Assembly (NCBI GenBank): GCA_002793515.1
Contig: PFEU01000006.1
Location: forward strand, 10,802 to 74,801
Direction of reading: 5' to 3'
Origin: Candidatus Uhrbacteria bacterium CG10_big_fil_rev_8_21_14_0_10_48_16
GTDB taxonomy: Bacteria; Patescibacteriota; Patescibacteriia; UBA9934; GWF2-40-263
DNA: 64,000 bases
Position 1 is the stretch's first letter. Every line of letters begins with the position of its first letter. A program made the translations under genes and the position numbers. Positions 46,298 through 55,842 of this stretch are shown here, piece after piece. The notes below the pieces were generated by a model. That model worked only from the letters and a program-made list of their open reading frames with translations, did not search any database and was not told the DNA's origin.

Positions 46298-46897
46298 CTA
46301 ATCAGTAGAGTCTTGAAGATACTTTTTTAGCGTTTCGAGATCTGTGTACAGATAGGTGTCGATGCCAAACTGTGCGACGGCGTCGACCTTTTCTTTATCA
46401 TCATCGATGAACAGTGTTTGCGATCGGCTTGGTTCACCAATTCTTTTAAACACCTCATCCCAAAATTCAGGGGTTTTCTTCGAGTGACCGACTCCTGCCG
46501 AGTGAAATACCTCCTTAAAGACCTTGCCACCGCCGAGCGTCTGGCGTAGATGTTCGCCTCGATAGTTTTCCTGATCGGTTGCCATAAAACAGAGAATGCC
46601 TTTGTCGCGCAGAGACTTCACAAACTCAAGAACATCTTCTTCAATCTGAGTGCCCTTAGTAAGCCAATACGTAAGAAGCTCATCAACGGTTCCGTTCCAT
46701 CCCCAATCATCGATAACCTTTACAAGCTCCTCTTTCAAATCTGCCTTTCCCACAGCACACTCTCGAAAGACTCCCGTGAAGAAGGGGAGCATCTTCTCGA
46801 CCTCAATCCCATAGTCCAATGTGAGCTGATCCGTAAAGAGAAACTTATCCTTCACAAGAACTCCGTCCGCATCAAAAAAGATAGTTGTATATTTCAT
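46298..46897 (-). CDS. HAD-superfamily hydrolase.
   Basis: Motif I FFDADGVLV. Motif III/IV region (...LFIDDDKEKVDAVAQFG). Confidence 0.7.
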   Translation of the reverse strand: MKYTTIFFDADGVLVKDKFLFTDQLTLDYGIEVEKMLPFFTGVFRECAVGKADLKEELVKVIDDWGWNGTVDELLTYWLTKGTQIEEDVLEFVKSLRDKGILCFMATDQENYRGEHLRQTLGGGKVFKEVFHSAGVGHSKKTPEFWDEVFKRIGEPSRSQTLFIDDDKEKVDAVAQFGIDTYLYTDLETLKKYLQDSTD

Positions 46898-46901
46898 ATT
46901 T

Positions 46902-48803
46902 TTAGAGTGGCCACTCTAGGGGGAGTTTGCCGGTAAAGGGGTAATCGCCAAACAGGACGTCTGCGACTCCGCCACCTTCGCTTCCAGGAAGCCATACGGT
47001 CACCAATGCATCCCAATCGTTCACGTACGGACTTACATCCAAGGGACGACCTGAAACAAGAATCACGATGATGGTCTTGCTTATGGCTCTGACACGGTCG
47101 ATCACCTCCAGATCCTCCGCCGAAAGTTCGGGATGTTCATTGTCGCCAACACCCTCCGCATATGGAGTTTCTCCAACGATGACAATTCCTACATCAGCGA
47201 GTTCTGTCCCTAAAGGAAAATCTCCTGCTTGGCGGTACTCAACGTTCGTCTCTGACGACACGGCATCTTCGATTCCTTGCAGAATCGTCGTTCCAGGAAT
47301 CCAGTTCCCATCAATGCCTTGCCACTCAATCGTCCAACCACCTGCCTGACGTCCAAGGTTATCTGCTGAATCGCCTGCTACGAGAATGCGGGGTGTCTCC
47401 TTCGAGATTGGTAGGATCTGCTGTGCATCTTTCAAGAGGACTAACGATTTGCGGACGGCTTCACGAGCCACTTCTTTGTGTTCTATCGACCCAAACGTGC
47501 GAATGTCTGCATCAGAAATCGTTTGGTTGTCAAAGAGCCCAGCCTCAAATTTGATACGGAGAATTCGTTGGACCGCATCGTTTAGTCGGTCCATAGAGAT
47601 ATCACCCTCATCCACGGCTCGACGCATGTGCGTGGCGAATAGGCGATATTCATACGGGAGCATGACCATGTCCACACCCGCATTTACCGCTGTAACGAGG
47701 GCATCGTATTTGTCGCCCGGAATATCGAATACGGAATACCAATCAGACACGACAAACCCCTGAAAACTGAGTTCACCTTTTAAGATATCGGTCAGCCACA
47801 TGTGACTTGTTGTGAGTTCAACGTCATTCCATGAAGCATGACTAACCATAATACTTCCCACTCCCGCATCGATTGCACGTGCAAATGGGGGAAGGTGAGT
47901 GGAACGCAAAACCGCTTCGTCTATCGTGATGACACCTTGGTCTATCTGGTAGCCTGGATTTGTTGAGGTACCCCATTCCATGGCTCCTGAACCAAGATAA
48001 TGTTTCGCCGTCCCCACAATTGAAAGCGAATGAAGTCCTTCGACATAGGCTGTTGTAAGATCTTCGACAAGCTTTGTATCCGCACCAAACGTTTCATACG
48101 TCCGACCCCAGCGAATATCTTGTACGACATCTGCGGTTGGTGAAAAATTCCAATTCGTGCCCGTTGTGATCATTTCTTCCGCCGTGATAACGGCAATGCG
48201 ACGCACCAAATCCGCGTCGGCACTGGCACCAAGACCTATTTGATGTGGAAAAATCGTTGCACCGAAAACGTTACTGTGACCATGTACGGCATCAACTCCG
48301 TACAGGAGAGGAATCCCTAGTCGACTAGATTTCGCTCGTTCTTGAAAATCGTTCACCATTGTTAACCAGCCTTCTTGTGTGTTTTCGTCTGGTCCACCTC
48401 CGCCACCACTCAACAATGCACCAAGACCGAAGCGAGCAATATCTGATCTCAACAAAATACTATTTTGTTCAACGAGCGCCATTTGACCAATCTTTTCATC
48501 CGTTGTCATGCGACTCAACAAATCATCTACTCGCTCCTGTGTGGATCTCGTTGCATCTTTATAAAGAGCGTCTTCTGACTCCTTCTGCCAGCGTATGCCC
48601 GTGAAAAATTCAACGAAAACAAGGGACCCGACTATCAGAAATAACAATAGCAGAACAACTTGCTTTCTCTTGAATGAAAATTTTTTGTGTGAAGAACCCA
48701 TAGACTCAATTAAATGTAGCGAAAAAATGAGGAAACGACCAGAACCGTCGCCTATGTTCATGATGCCGTTGAATAGGGTAGAGAGCAAAAGCAACCTTCC
48801 CAT
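46902..48803 (-). CDS. Glycoside hydrolase family 3 (beta-glucosidase / beta-N-acetylhexosaminidase-like), N-terminally anchored.
   Basis: GH3 motifs KHYLGSGA...; nucleophile region GFVVSDWYSVF; C-terminal alpha/beta domain (IVLVSGRPL). Confidence 0.8.
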   Translation of the reverse strand: MGRLLLLSTLFNGIMNIGDGSGRFLIFSLHLIESMGSSHKKFSFKRKQVVLLLLFLIVGSLVFVEFFTGIRWQKESEDALYKDATRSTQERVDDLLSRMTTDEKIGQMALVEQNSILLRSDIARFGLGALLSGGGGGPDENTQEGWLTMVNDFQERAKSSRLGIPLLYGVDAVHGHSNVFGATIFPHQIGLGASADADLVRRIAVITAEEMITTGTNWNFSPTADVVQDIRWGRTYETFGADTKLVEDLTTAYVEGLHSLSIVGTAKHYLGSGAMEWGTSTNPGYQIDQGVITIDEAVLRSTHLPPFARAIDAGVGSIMVSHASWNDVELTTSHMWLTDILKGELSFQGFVVSDWYSVFDIPGDKYDALVTAVNAGVDMVMLPYEYRLFATHMRRAVDEGDISMDRLNDAVQRILRIKFEAGLFDNQTISDADIRTFGSIEHKEVAREAVRKSLVLLKDAQQILPISKETPRILVAGDSADNLGRQAGGWTIEWQGIDGNWIPGTTILQGIEDAVSSETNVEYRQAGDFPLGTELADVGIVIVGETPYAEGVGDNEHPELSAEDLEVIDRVRAISKTIIVILVSGRPLDVSPYVNDWDALVTVWLPGSEGGGVADVLFGDYPFTGKLPLEWPL

Positions 48804-48836
48804 GCGAAGGTTGCTTTTTGCGGAGTGTGCACCAGG

Positions 48837-49049
48837 CTATTCCTGAGGTTCAACGGGGATCTCATCGATCACTGCGGGGGTATTCACTTCTATGGTTGTG
48901 AAATCTTCTTGGTCTTGTGAAGTATTTTGGATGGCAGGTAACGCATACACGAAGAACAATACGGCGACAATAGCGACAACCAGAAGGGTGATAATGAGTC
49001 CAATGAATGAGTCCTGTTTATTTGCTGGAGTATTAATGATGGTGGACAT
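48837..49049 (-). CDS. Small single-TM protein (hypothetical).
   Basis: MSTIINTPANKQDSFIGLIITLLVVAIVAVLFFVYALP... The longer ORF-track N-terminus overlaps the lmo0937-like gene in another frame. Confidence 0.35.
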   Translation of the reverse strand: MSTIINTPANKQDSFIGLIITLLVVAIVAVLFFVYALPAIQNTSQDQEDFTTIEVNTPAVIDEIPVEPQE

Positions 49050-49069
49050 ACGGATATTGTTAACGTGTT

Positions 49070-49219
49070 CTAGAGGATCTTCTCTCCTCGAATGAGTTTG
49101 ATAATAACGACAATGATGGCGATAACTAGGAGAATGTGAATAAATCCACCAAGCGTGTAGGAAGTCACGAGACCGAGAAGCCACAGGATGAGAAGAATAA
49201 TGGCGATGGTATAAAGCAT
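49070..49219 (-). CDS. lmo0937-family small membrane protein (49 aa; absent from the ORF track).
   Basis: MLYTIAIILLILWLLGLVTSYTLGGFIHILLVIAIIVVIIKLIRGEKIL matches the conserved lmo0937-type pattern (ILLILWLLG...GG.IHILLV.A.). Confidence 0.5.
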   Translation of the reverse strand: MLYTIAIILLILWLLGLVTSYTLGGFIHILLVIAIIVVIIKLIRGEKIL

Positions 49220-49529
49220 ACGTAGGCACGACAAAGTTTTAAATAAAGAGAACGAAACTCCGTGTTACGACACATCACGCATGGGTAGTGGTATCTCCGG
49301 AGATAAACGCTGTTGAAGGTTCTACAAGTATCTCGCAGAGATTGTTTTGATGTGAACGTATTTGTGGGTCTGGTATCATAGATGTAGATAGTTCAACGTT
49401 TGTTTAATTGTTAAAGTGTACCCAATTCAACCGTACGCCCACCGATCCATAGTGTCAATGCATGTCGACTGCGGGTGGGGGATAACATGGATCAACTTCG
49501 TGAAGAGAGAAAGGGGATTAAGCAAGTTC

Positions 49530-49720
49530 GTTAGCAATTAAGGTACGTTTCATTGCTATTCTTATCGTTTGCATCAAAGTCTCGATAGTTGACTAATAAC
49601 TCCTCACCCTTCTCGATGTCACGGTTTGCTACACCCAATGTTTCTGATTCTCCAGAAACCGCAACAATGTCCATGTTGTTCTTGACTGATGAATGATCGG
49701 ACGGTAACCGTTAATTACAG
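49530..49720 (-). pseudogene. Truncated SET-domain C-terminal fragment (remnant), in inverted orientation next to the intact SET gene.
   Basis: ...PSDHSSVKNNMDIVAVSGESETLGVANRDIEKGEELLVNYRDF... matches the SET C-terminal signature (NHSxxPN ... RDIxxGEELxxxY). Upstream it is cut by a TAA; only 145 nt run from an internal ATG. Confidence 0.3.
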
Positions 49721-49760
49721 TCGTTGACCTCTATTTTTTATTCACTCATACTTTAATCGT

Positions 49761-50267
49761 ATGAGTGATATTTTTATTGGTAGCGGTAAGCTTGCGGGAA
49801 AGGGTGTGTATGTCGGCCGGGATTTTAACGTTGGTGAGATTGTAAAATACTATGACCTCAAGCCTCTCACCCAATCCATGTTTGATCATTTGCCGGAAGA
49901 AGAGAAGATGTTTGTTCATTCATTCTGGGGAGAGATGTACCTTTTCCCAGAGCCCTCACGCTACACAAATCACTCAGCGACTCCCAACACTCGATCTGAT
50001 TTAGAAAAAATGTGCGACATCGCCATCAAGCCCATCAAGAGAGGTGAGATGATAACCACGAATGCCACACGTGAAATACAGAATGAACTTGAAACATTTG
50101 TTGAAGCTTATGAGAGCCCTAGAAAAGTAGCTCATTTTACATGGCTCACGGGTGGATATCGGAATGCCACGATACAGTACACATTACCAAACAGATCTCA
50201 AAAAACACTCCGCCTAAAAAGAGTCAGCGGCAATTGGCGGATTCTGAAAGGGCGTGTGCAAAACTGA
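49761..50267 (+). CDS. SET-domain protein (putative protein-lysine methyltransferase).
   Basis: GKGVYVGRDFNVGEIV... N-SET-like start. RYTNHSATPNT (cf. RFINHSCxPN) and IKRGEMITTNATREI (cf. GEELTxDY). CATACTTTAAT-type box 9 nt before the ATG. Confidence 0.6.
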   Translation: MSDIFIGSGKLAGKGVYVGRDFNVGEIVKYYDLKPLTQSMFDHLPEEEKMFVHSFWGEMYLFPEPSRYTNHSATPNTRSDLEKMCDIAIKPIKRGEMITTNATREIQNELETFVEAYESPRKVAHFTWLTGGYRNATIQYTLPNRSQKTLRLKRVSGNWRILKGRVQN

Positions 50268-50310
50268 GTCCTCCTGTCGTTCGTCTCAGTTTTGGTGATA
50301 GGGTAATATC

Positions 50311-50940
50311 TTACAAAACTTCAACTTTTCCATGCGTGAGTACATCATCTTCATTCACTTCAACGGCACATCCGTCGGGAATGGCATAGATGGGAGTTTC
50401 TTTTTTATGCGTAAGCAATTCCGGCCTTTCGGCTGAAGGATCGTAGTGCACATGGGTACTAAACGTCACAAACCCAAATGATGTCAGGTCGATGATTCCA
50501 ACCGCATTTCTATCCGCACTTTCACCACCCCATCCAGCCGATGCGATGGTCGGCGACGCTAGGATCGATCCTGCACTTGTCCCTCCGTATCTCACGCCTT
50601 TATTTCGGACAAGATCATCAACCACATCCAAAAACCCAGTCTTGCGTGCCGTGTCGAGTAAATAAAACGTGTTTCCGCCGTTAACCCAGATGACATCAGC
50701 TTCAATGAGTTCCCGAGCGATCTGATCTTTTGTTTTGTACTTGAGCGCGTACCAGATGGGATTGATTCCTAAAGTCGAAAAATCATCCATGGATTTGCAT
50801 GTGTAAAATTTTTCCTGCTCGACGTCGGAGGCCGTAGGGATGAAATAGAGCTTGGTTTGTTCTGGTGGCTTCTCAAGAAACTTTAAGAAGGAATCGCGGA
50901 GTTCTTCTGAGATGCAAGAGGATGTGAGGAAGAGTTTCAT
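50311..50940 (-). CDS. Peptidase S51 family (dipeptidase E / cyanophycinase-like).
   Basis: IWVNGGNTFYLL and GGTSAGSIL (nucleophile Ser) motifs. Start taken at MKLFLTSS. Confidence 0.7.
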   Translation of the reverse strand: MKLFLTSSCISEELRDSFLKFLEKPPEQTKLYFIPTASDVEQEKFYTCKSMDDFSTLGINPIWYALKYKTKDQIARELIEADVIWVNGGNTFYLLDTARKTGFLDVVDDLVRNKGVRYGGTSAGSILASPTIASAGWGGESADRNAVGIIDLTSFGFVTFSTHVHYDPSAERPELLTHKKETPIYAIPDGCAVEVNEDDVLTHGKVEVL

Positions 50941-51025
50941 AGGTTTACTCAATAGTTTCAAATTTGACTGCACGGTTTCGTCAACCTTTGTTAATCCAAG
51001 ACTGATCGTGTATGTGATTCAGCAC

Positions 51026-51883
51026 TCAGTTTTTTGGAAACAGAGTAAATATCTTTCGCTCCCACTTTCTGCTTCCATGAAAGATGATGGACCAGGCGTA
51101 CAACTCTGGATAGCGTCCCGCATCTTCCTCGAAGACGGAGCGCTCATGTTCTACAACATAATACTCCCTCCACCCATACATCTGTGCCAGGGCAGAATAT
51201 CCCTTTGGTGTGTAGTGCCAAGGGAATGGCAAGCGATGCAATCCGTATGCGGTCACCAGTCCAGCAAGCACCATACACACAAATGGAATGGCGTTTGTTT
51301 GTGCGTACCCAGCTACGTACCCGAGAGATCCGTAGAACATCGTAACTCCTGCTCCCCAGCTTAATCGTCTCCAAAACATGGTATTTGGATTTACGGTAAA
51401 CCACTCCTGTGTGTCTTTTGAAACTTCCTTCCAAAGCCGTAACCACTCTTTTACAAGACGGTCTCGCGCCGTTGCTTGACTAATCACCGTATCATTTTGA
51501 AAAAGGATATTTTTTAGATGCAACTCCCAATTTAAGAGATGCATCTCCTTTAGTGTAAAGAGGGGATAGCGACACTCAAACGCCGGTACGGTTTTGCCAA
51601 GCTCCTGCGTCTGAGTGAGAGAAATGATCTTCTTTGCCACCAATGCATACACCCCGGCGACAACGTGTCGTTCTTTGAAAGAACGATCTAACAACACTCC
51701 ACCGATCGTTGGCTTAATAGAGGAAGGTGTGTACTGCGTCACAACAGGTCCCACCCGTGAGAGTAACCGCTGTTTCAACCACGCTCGAATGACAAGAAAT
51801 CCCAGCCCATGAGCAAACAAAACTCCTACCGTGACCTGTGGTGAGAGGAGGGAAAAGAGAGCGGTAATTTCTGACTCAGACAT
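51026..51883 (-). CDS. Hypothetical membrane protein.
   Basis: Several hydrophobic segments. No recognizable motif. Confidence 0.4.
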   Translation of the reverse strand: MSESEITALFSLLSPQVTVGVLFAHGLGFLVIRAWLKQRLLSRVGPVVTQYTPSSIKPTIGGVLLDRSFKERHVVAGVYALVAKKIISLTQTQELGKTVPAFECRYPLFTLKEMHLLNWELHLKNILFQNDTVISQATARDRLVKEWLRLWKEVSKDTQEWFTVNPNTMFWRRLSWGAGVTMFYGSLGYVAGYAQTNAIPFVCMVLAGLVTAYGLHRLPFPWHYTPKGYSALAQMYGWREYYVVEHERSVFEEDAGRYPELYAWSIIFHGSRKWERKIFTLFPKN

Positions 51884-51897
51884 AAGAAGGACTTAAC

Positions 51898-52281
51898 CTA
51901 CGGGCAATCTATACGCTCACCTTGCATTCCCTCAATAAGGCCACCAAAACCTTCAATCGTGTCCATTTTGAACTGGAAACGACTTCCATCCCCGTAGATG
52001 AATTGATCATTCTCAATACGACCGATGGTTGTTTCAGGCTCAAATCCCGATTCGATAAGGGTAATCGTATCGTGGAAGATTGTCTGTCCATCAAGATTTG
52101 AAGATGGAAATCCATCAGGAATAATTTGAACAACGACGGAGGAATCACCCTCCATGGCATAGCACCATTCTTCTGGAGGAAGGGCTCCGTCTGCAGGAAT
52201 ATCTGAAGACGTTGGCATACACCCTGCACCTAAGAAGATCATAAGAGCGAAGACGGAGGAGAAACGAGTCGCATAGAACAT
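51898..52281 (-). CDS. Hypothetical lipoprotein.
   Basis: Lipobox FLGAG|C after an N-terminal hydrophobic segment. Confidence 0.45.
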   Translation of the reverse strand: MFYATRFSSVFALMIFLGAGCMPTSSDIPADGALPPEEWCYAMEGDSSVVVQIIPDGFPSSNLDGQTIFHDTITLIESGFEPETTIGRIENDQFIYGDGSRFQFKMDTIEGFGGLIEGMQGERIDCP

Positions 52282-52439
52282 ATATTTTATCTAAAACAAG
52301 GATTGGTTTTTAAGCACAGCGATATCCTTTGGGGTCATACGATGACCATAGCTATACAAACGTTTGTGCTAACGTTGCGAGATCACCATCCTGCTTACAC
52401 AGAGACGTTAAACAGCGCAATGATTGATTCAAACATTGG

Positions 52440-53006
52440 TCAGGCCTGCTCAAATGTTACGACCGTTTCTGTATGCAATACACTTATATTGTAAACGGAC
52501 CCGTATTTTTCAAAGACAAGATTAAAATAGATATGATTTCCGCGCTCTCGGAGCTCCCAGTAAGCCATTCTATCCAAGACGGTCGCTGTTCCTGAGTCGA
52601 CGCTCTCACCATAACCATACAAGTAATATGCACAATCCGTCTGGTCACATGAAAACGCCTGTCCAGGTTCCAACTTGCTCACAACGATTGTCATTGGACC
52701 GATACTGACATCTTGTTCTCCTCGGACTTCTTGTGGGTCTGTTTTTCCTGGATAGCCATTGAGTTCCCAGCCTTGAGGATAGTAAAAAGAGTAGGCAAGG
52801 TTATAAAAACTATTCCAAGAACTAACAAAGGGAGCGATATGGTCATCAACAACAAACGTCGTTCCGTCTTCTCTTTCAAAAAATGTTTCACTGTCCTCAG
52901 CAATCTCACCTTCATTAACAGGAAAATCGTTTAACGTAAAAAAGAGAGATGATAGGGAAGTTAGAAGCGCAAGAATGGCGATGCTCAGTACGAAAGAATA
53001 TTTCAT
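52440..53006 (-). CDS. Hypothetical exported protein.
   Basis: Signal peptide/TM MKYSFVLSIAILALLTSLSSLFF. No domain assignable. Confidence 0.45.
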   Translation of the reverse strand: MKYSFVLSIAILALLTSLSSLFFTLNDFPVNEGEIAEDSETFFEREDGTTFVVDDHIAPFVSSWNSFYNLAYSFYYPQGWELNGYPGKTDPQEVRGEQDVSIGPMTIVVSKLEPGQAFSCDQTDCAYYLYGYGESVDSGTATVLDRMAYWELRERGNHIYFNLVFEKYGSVYNISVLHTETVVTFEQA

Positions 53007-53045
53007 ATATCAAGACTATAAAACAAAACTCGAACCTTTAGTAGT

Positions 53046-53495
53046 TCAAGTCTTAGCGAATCTTCCCATCAGTTCTGCTGTATCGACGATATGGCCCGCA
53101 AGCGCTTTTAAGACATCTTGTTTGGTAGCACCCTCTTTGAGATTGAGTAGGGTGTTGAGGGCGTAGACTTTGAAGAAGTATCGATGTTCTCGATCTGGTG
53201 GGCGCGGTCCTCCGTATTGAAGTTCACCTCTTGTGCCAGAGCCACAAATTCCTGCAGGCGACCATGCTTCGCAAATTTCTGTGATATCGGGTGGAATATT
53301 GAAAACGACCCAATGATCCCACACGGGTACTCCAGCTGATTCAGGAACATCAGGATCTTCCATAATGAGCACAAGAGATTTGGTTCCTTCTGGAATCTCT
53401 TCAAAACAAAGTGGTGGATTACAGTTTTCAAAATCCCGCCCATACTTTTTAGGAATCTGCTCACCATGCTCGAATACCGGACTAGAAATTTTCAT
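53046..53495 (-). CDS. YbhB/YbcL-family phosphatidylethanolamine-binding protein (PEBP/RKIP-like).
   Basis: PEBP motifs (LVLIMEDPDVP...; HRYFFKVYALN). Confidence 0.75.
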   Translation of the reverse strand: MKISSPVFEHGEQIPKKYGRDFENCNPPLCFEEIPEGTKSLVLIMEDPDVPESAGVPVWDHWVVFNIPPDITEICEAWSPAGICGSGTRGELQYGGPRPPDREHRYFFKVYALNTLLNLKEGATKQDVLKALAGHIVDTAELMGRFAKT

Positions 53496-53665
53496 ACATG
53501 AGTATCAATTTTGAGGAATCTAGGTTCATTTACAGATTTCTCTTAAATCATCATAACAAAAACAGACCGCGCATGCGATCTGTTTTTGTGGCTCCGATTG
53601 CTGGACTGGTTCAGAACCGCAAAATGGTCAGGGCTGAAGCCGTTGTTGGTTCAGTTTGTTTGAGA

Positions 53666-54448
53666 CTACAAGCGATCATTTGTCATAATCAGTTTCGCAT
53701 CGCTTACCAAGTCCCCAAAAGCTTGACCTGACCGCATGTCGTTATCATCACAATCCTCAAGTCGAATCGTAAGAGCCTCATTAAGACCTTTGATGACAGC
53801 ATAATTTACCAGACAAGAGCCATCATATTCTGGTGTGAAGTAGTAAATAAGGCTCTCTGATCCTGCGTTTGTTGGTGTTGGCTGTTTTGTTGGCCAAACA
53901 CGGTCACCGCCGTAGTATATGTCGTTGATGAACATGTCCATAGAGTAGCCAGGAGAGTCAATCCATCCCGTAGCAACGCTAATCGTTCCACCACCTGAAA
54001 TGACAAAACTTGGTGCATTGTCTGATGAGAGAAGCTCTGATGTTTCCGTAAGGCGAATCAATCCCGTGTTCCATGAAAGAGTATAATCAAAGTCTCCATG
54101 TTCACTATGAAAAGTTTCTGATCGAACCTCTGGAAGAGATGTACACGAACCTTTATCGCAGTAATTTTCCATGCCACACTCACTGTCTGCGGTACATTCC
54201 GTAAGACCAACACATTGTCCGTCATCACAAACAAAATCACCGCTGCACGGGATTATGTCACTACATTCGACATCATCATCCTCAAGTGTGGCTACAGTTG
54301 AAGACACCTGATCATTCATTTGTTCTATTGGCCTGACCAAAGCAAAAACACTCAAAACAACAGCTATGAGTGATAGGAGTATTGATGTCACAAATAGCGG
54401 CATCAAATACTTTGGTAGAGTGAAGCTCTGTGGAGTTTGATTTTCCAT
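53666..54448 (-). CDS. Membrane-anchored exported protein with a Cys-rich module.
   Basis: N-terminal TM. CSDIIPCSGDFVCDDGQCVGLTECTADSECGMENYCDKGSCT region (10 Cys). Confidence 0.45.
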   Translation of the reverse strand: MENQTPQSFTLPKYLMPLFVTSILLSLIAVVLSVFALVRPIEQMNDQVSSTVATLEDDDVECSDIIPCSGDFVCDDGQCVGLTECTADSECGMENYCDKGSCTSLPEVRSETFHSEHGDFDYTLSWNTGLIRLTETSELLSSDNAPSFVISGGGTISVATGWIDSPGYSMDMFINDIYYGGDRVWPTKQPTPTNAGSESLIYYFTPEYDGSCLVNYAVIKGLNEALTIRLEDCDDNDMRSGQAFGDLVSDAKLIMTNDRL

Positions 54449-54523
54449 AAATACAATTCAAGTTGATTTGGAATCATTATACCAGGTTTGGATTCCGAAG
54501 TCCCACTTGGGTCAAACAAAAAA

Positions 54524-54547
54524 CCTCAGTAAAACTGAGATTTTTTG
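54524..54547. terminator. Rho-independent terminator downstream of tRNA-Asn.
   Basis: ctcagt-aaa-actgag hairpin with T/A tracts on both sides. Confidence 0.45.
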
Positions 54548-54548
54548 T

Positions 54549-54624
54549 TGGCTCGGGGGGAGGGATTCGAACCCTCGACCCATTGGTTAACAGCCAATTG
54601 CTCTGCCGCTGAGCTACCCCCGAA
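54549..54624 (-). tRNA. tRNA-Asn (anticodon GTT), CCA encoded.
   Basis: Minus-strand read: TCGGGGG-TA-GCTC-AGCGGCA-GAGC-A-ATTGG-CTGTTAA-CCAAT-GGGTC-GAGGG-TTCGAAT-CCCTC-CCCCCGA-G-CCA. Canonical cloverleaf, GTT in the anticodon loop. Confidence 0.8.
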
Positions 54625-54712
54625 TATTCAATTCATCTAAAAGAACGAGACGAGTATAGCAAGGGATAGGGATGGATGCAAGATCTTGCAGGAGAAGTGA
54701 TATACTTTCTAT

Positions 54713-55822
54713 ATGTTTGGAATAGTTGAAAAATTTCTTCGGTTTAGAGCTCTTAAGAAGTTCTATGTGCGTTACGAGCGTCTGCTTGTTCCAGGAATGC
54801 TCCTGGTGGGTGTTTTGGTGGACGTGATCACGTTTCGGACGGTGTCTGTGAGCACGGCTCTTATTCTGCTCATGGTCTATGCGGTTATTGCTGGAATAAT
54901 GATTCTAGTGATGCATTGGCACGATGCGCGTAAGACGTTGATTGAGAGACCGACCGGTAGGGGATATGTTCGATTAATTGCCCCGCTCGTTGTTCAGTTT
55001 ACGTTCGGGGCGTGTTTGAGTGGTTCTTTAGTTTTTTATTGGTTCTCTGGAGCGTTTACCGTTTCGTGGCCATTCATTCTCGTTCTCGTGTTTTTGATGG
55101 GGGCCAATGATGTTTTTCGAGAATACTATCTCAAGCCCATTGTTCAGTTGAGTGTGTACTATTTTATTCTGTTTTCTGTCCTGTCAGTTTCTTTTCCGTT
55201 CCTTTTCAACTCCTTAAGTTCCTGGATCTTTGTCTTCTCTGGAGGTGTAAGTTTAGTGATTGGAGTGTTGTATGTGCAAGGACTATTCCGTGTAAGACCT
55301 GACCTTCGGCATATACGTCCTCGCCCGATCTTTTCCATGCTGATTATTTTTGGGGTGATGAATGCGTTGTACTTTGGTAATGTCATTCCTCCCATTCCAC
55401 TCTCATTAATAGATGCTGGAGTCTATCATTCTGTTGAGCACGTAGGTTCAGATTATGTGGTCTACGGGGAAGAGGAATCATTCATCGATCAACTGATTCC
55501 TGGTCAGACCATTCATGCTTCGTCCGGACGAAGACTCTATGTGTACGCATCTATCTTTGCTCCAGTTGACTTGAACACAACTATTGTTCATCACTGGCAA
55601 CGGTATGAAGAAGGGGAGGGATGGGTGAGTGTGAATCGATTATCCTATTCAATCAGTGGAGGGCGTTCTGGAGGATATCGAGGGTACTCCTATCTCACCA
55701 ATTATCAGTCGGGGACTTGGAGGGTGGATGTTGAGACACTGCGCGGGCAAGTGATTGGACGCTTGAAATTTGAAATTGAGGATGTTGAAAATCTGCCTGA
55801 GTTAATTAAACAGATAAAATAA
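54713..55822 (+). CDS. Polytopic membrane protein with a C-terminal soluble domain (hypothetical).
   Basis: About 8 TM segments, then a ~120-aa C-terminal domain. TGATATACT box 11 nt before the ATG. Confidence 0.5.
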   Translation: MFGIVEKFLRFRALKKFYVRYERLLVPGMLLVGVLVDVITFRTVSVSTALILLMVYAVIAGIMILVMHWHDARKTLIERPTGRGYVRLIAPLVVQFTFGACLSGSLVFYWFSGAFTVSWPFILVLVFLMGANDVFREYYLKPIVQLSVYYFILFSVLSVSFPFLFNSLSSWIFVFSGGVSLVIGVLYVQGLFRVRPDLRHIRPRPIFSMLIIFGVMNALYFGNVIPPIPLSLIDAGVYHSVEHVGSDYVVYGEEESFIDQLIPGQTIHASSGRRLYVYASIFAPVDLNTTIVHHWQRYEEGEGWVSVNRLSYSISGGRSGGYRGYSYLTNYQSGTWRVDVETLRGQVIGRLKFEIEDVENLPELIKQIK

Positions 55823-55824
55823 AA

Positions 55825-55842
55825 GACTCCTCAGGAGGAGTC
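55825..55842. terminator. Hairpin shared by convergent genes (T-tract on the minus-strand side).
   Basis: gactcctc-agg-gaggagtc. It includes the stop codon of the minus-strand high-GC gene. Confidence 0.4.

Noticed and set aside
49230-49530. Possible structured ncRNA (RNase P, tmRNA, SRP or 6S) in the ORF-free region.
   Set aside because: I could not find any of the conserved signature blocks of these RNAs. Only an imperfect hairpin was seen. It is left as an open region in the SET finding, not called as an RNA gene.
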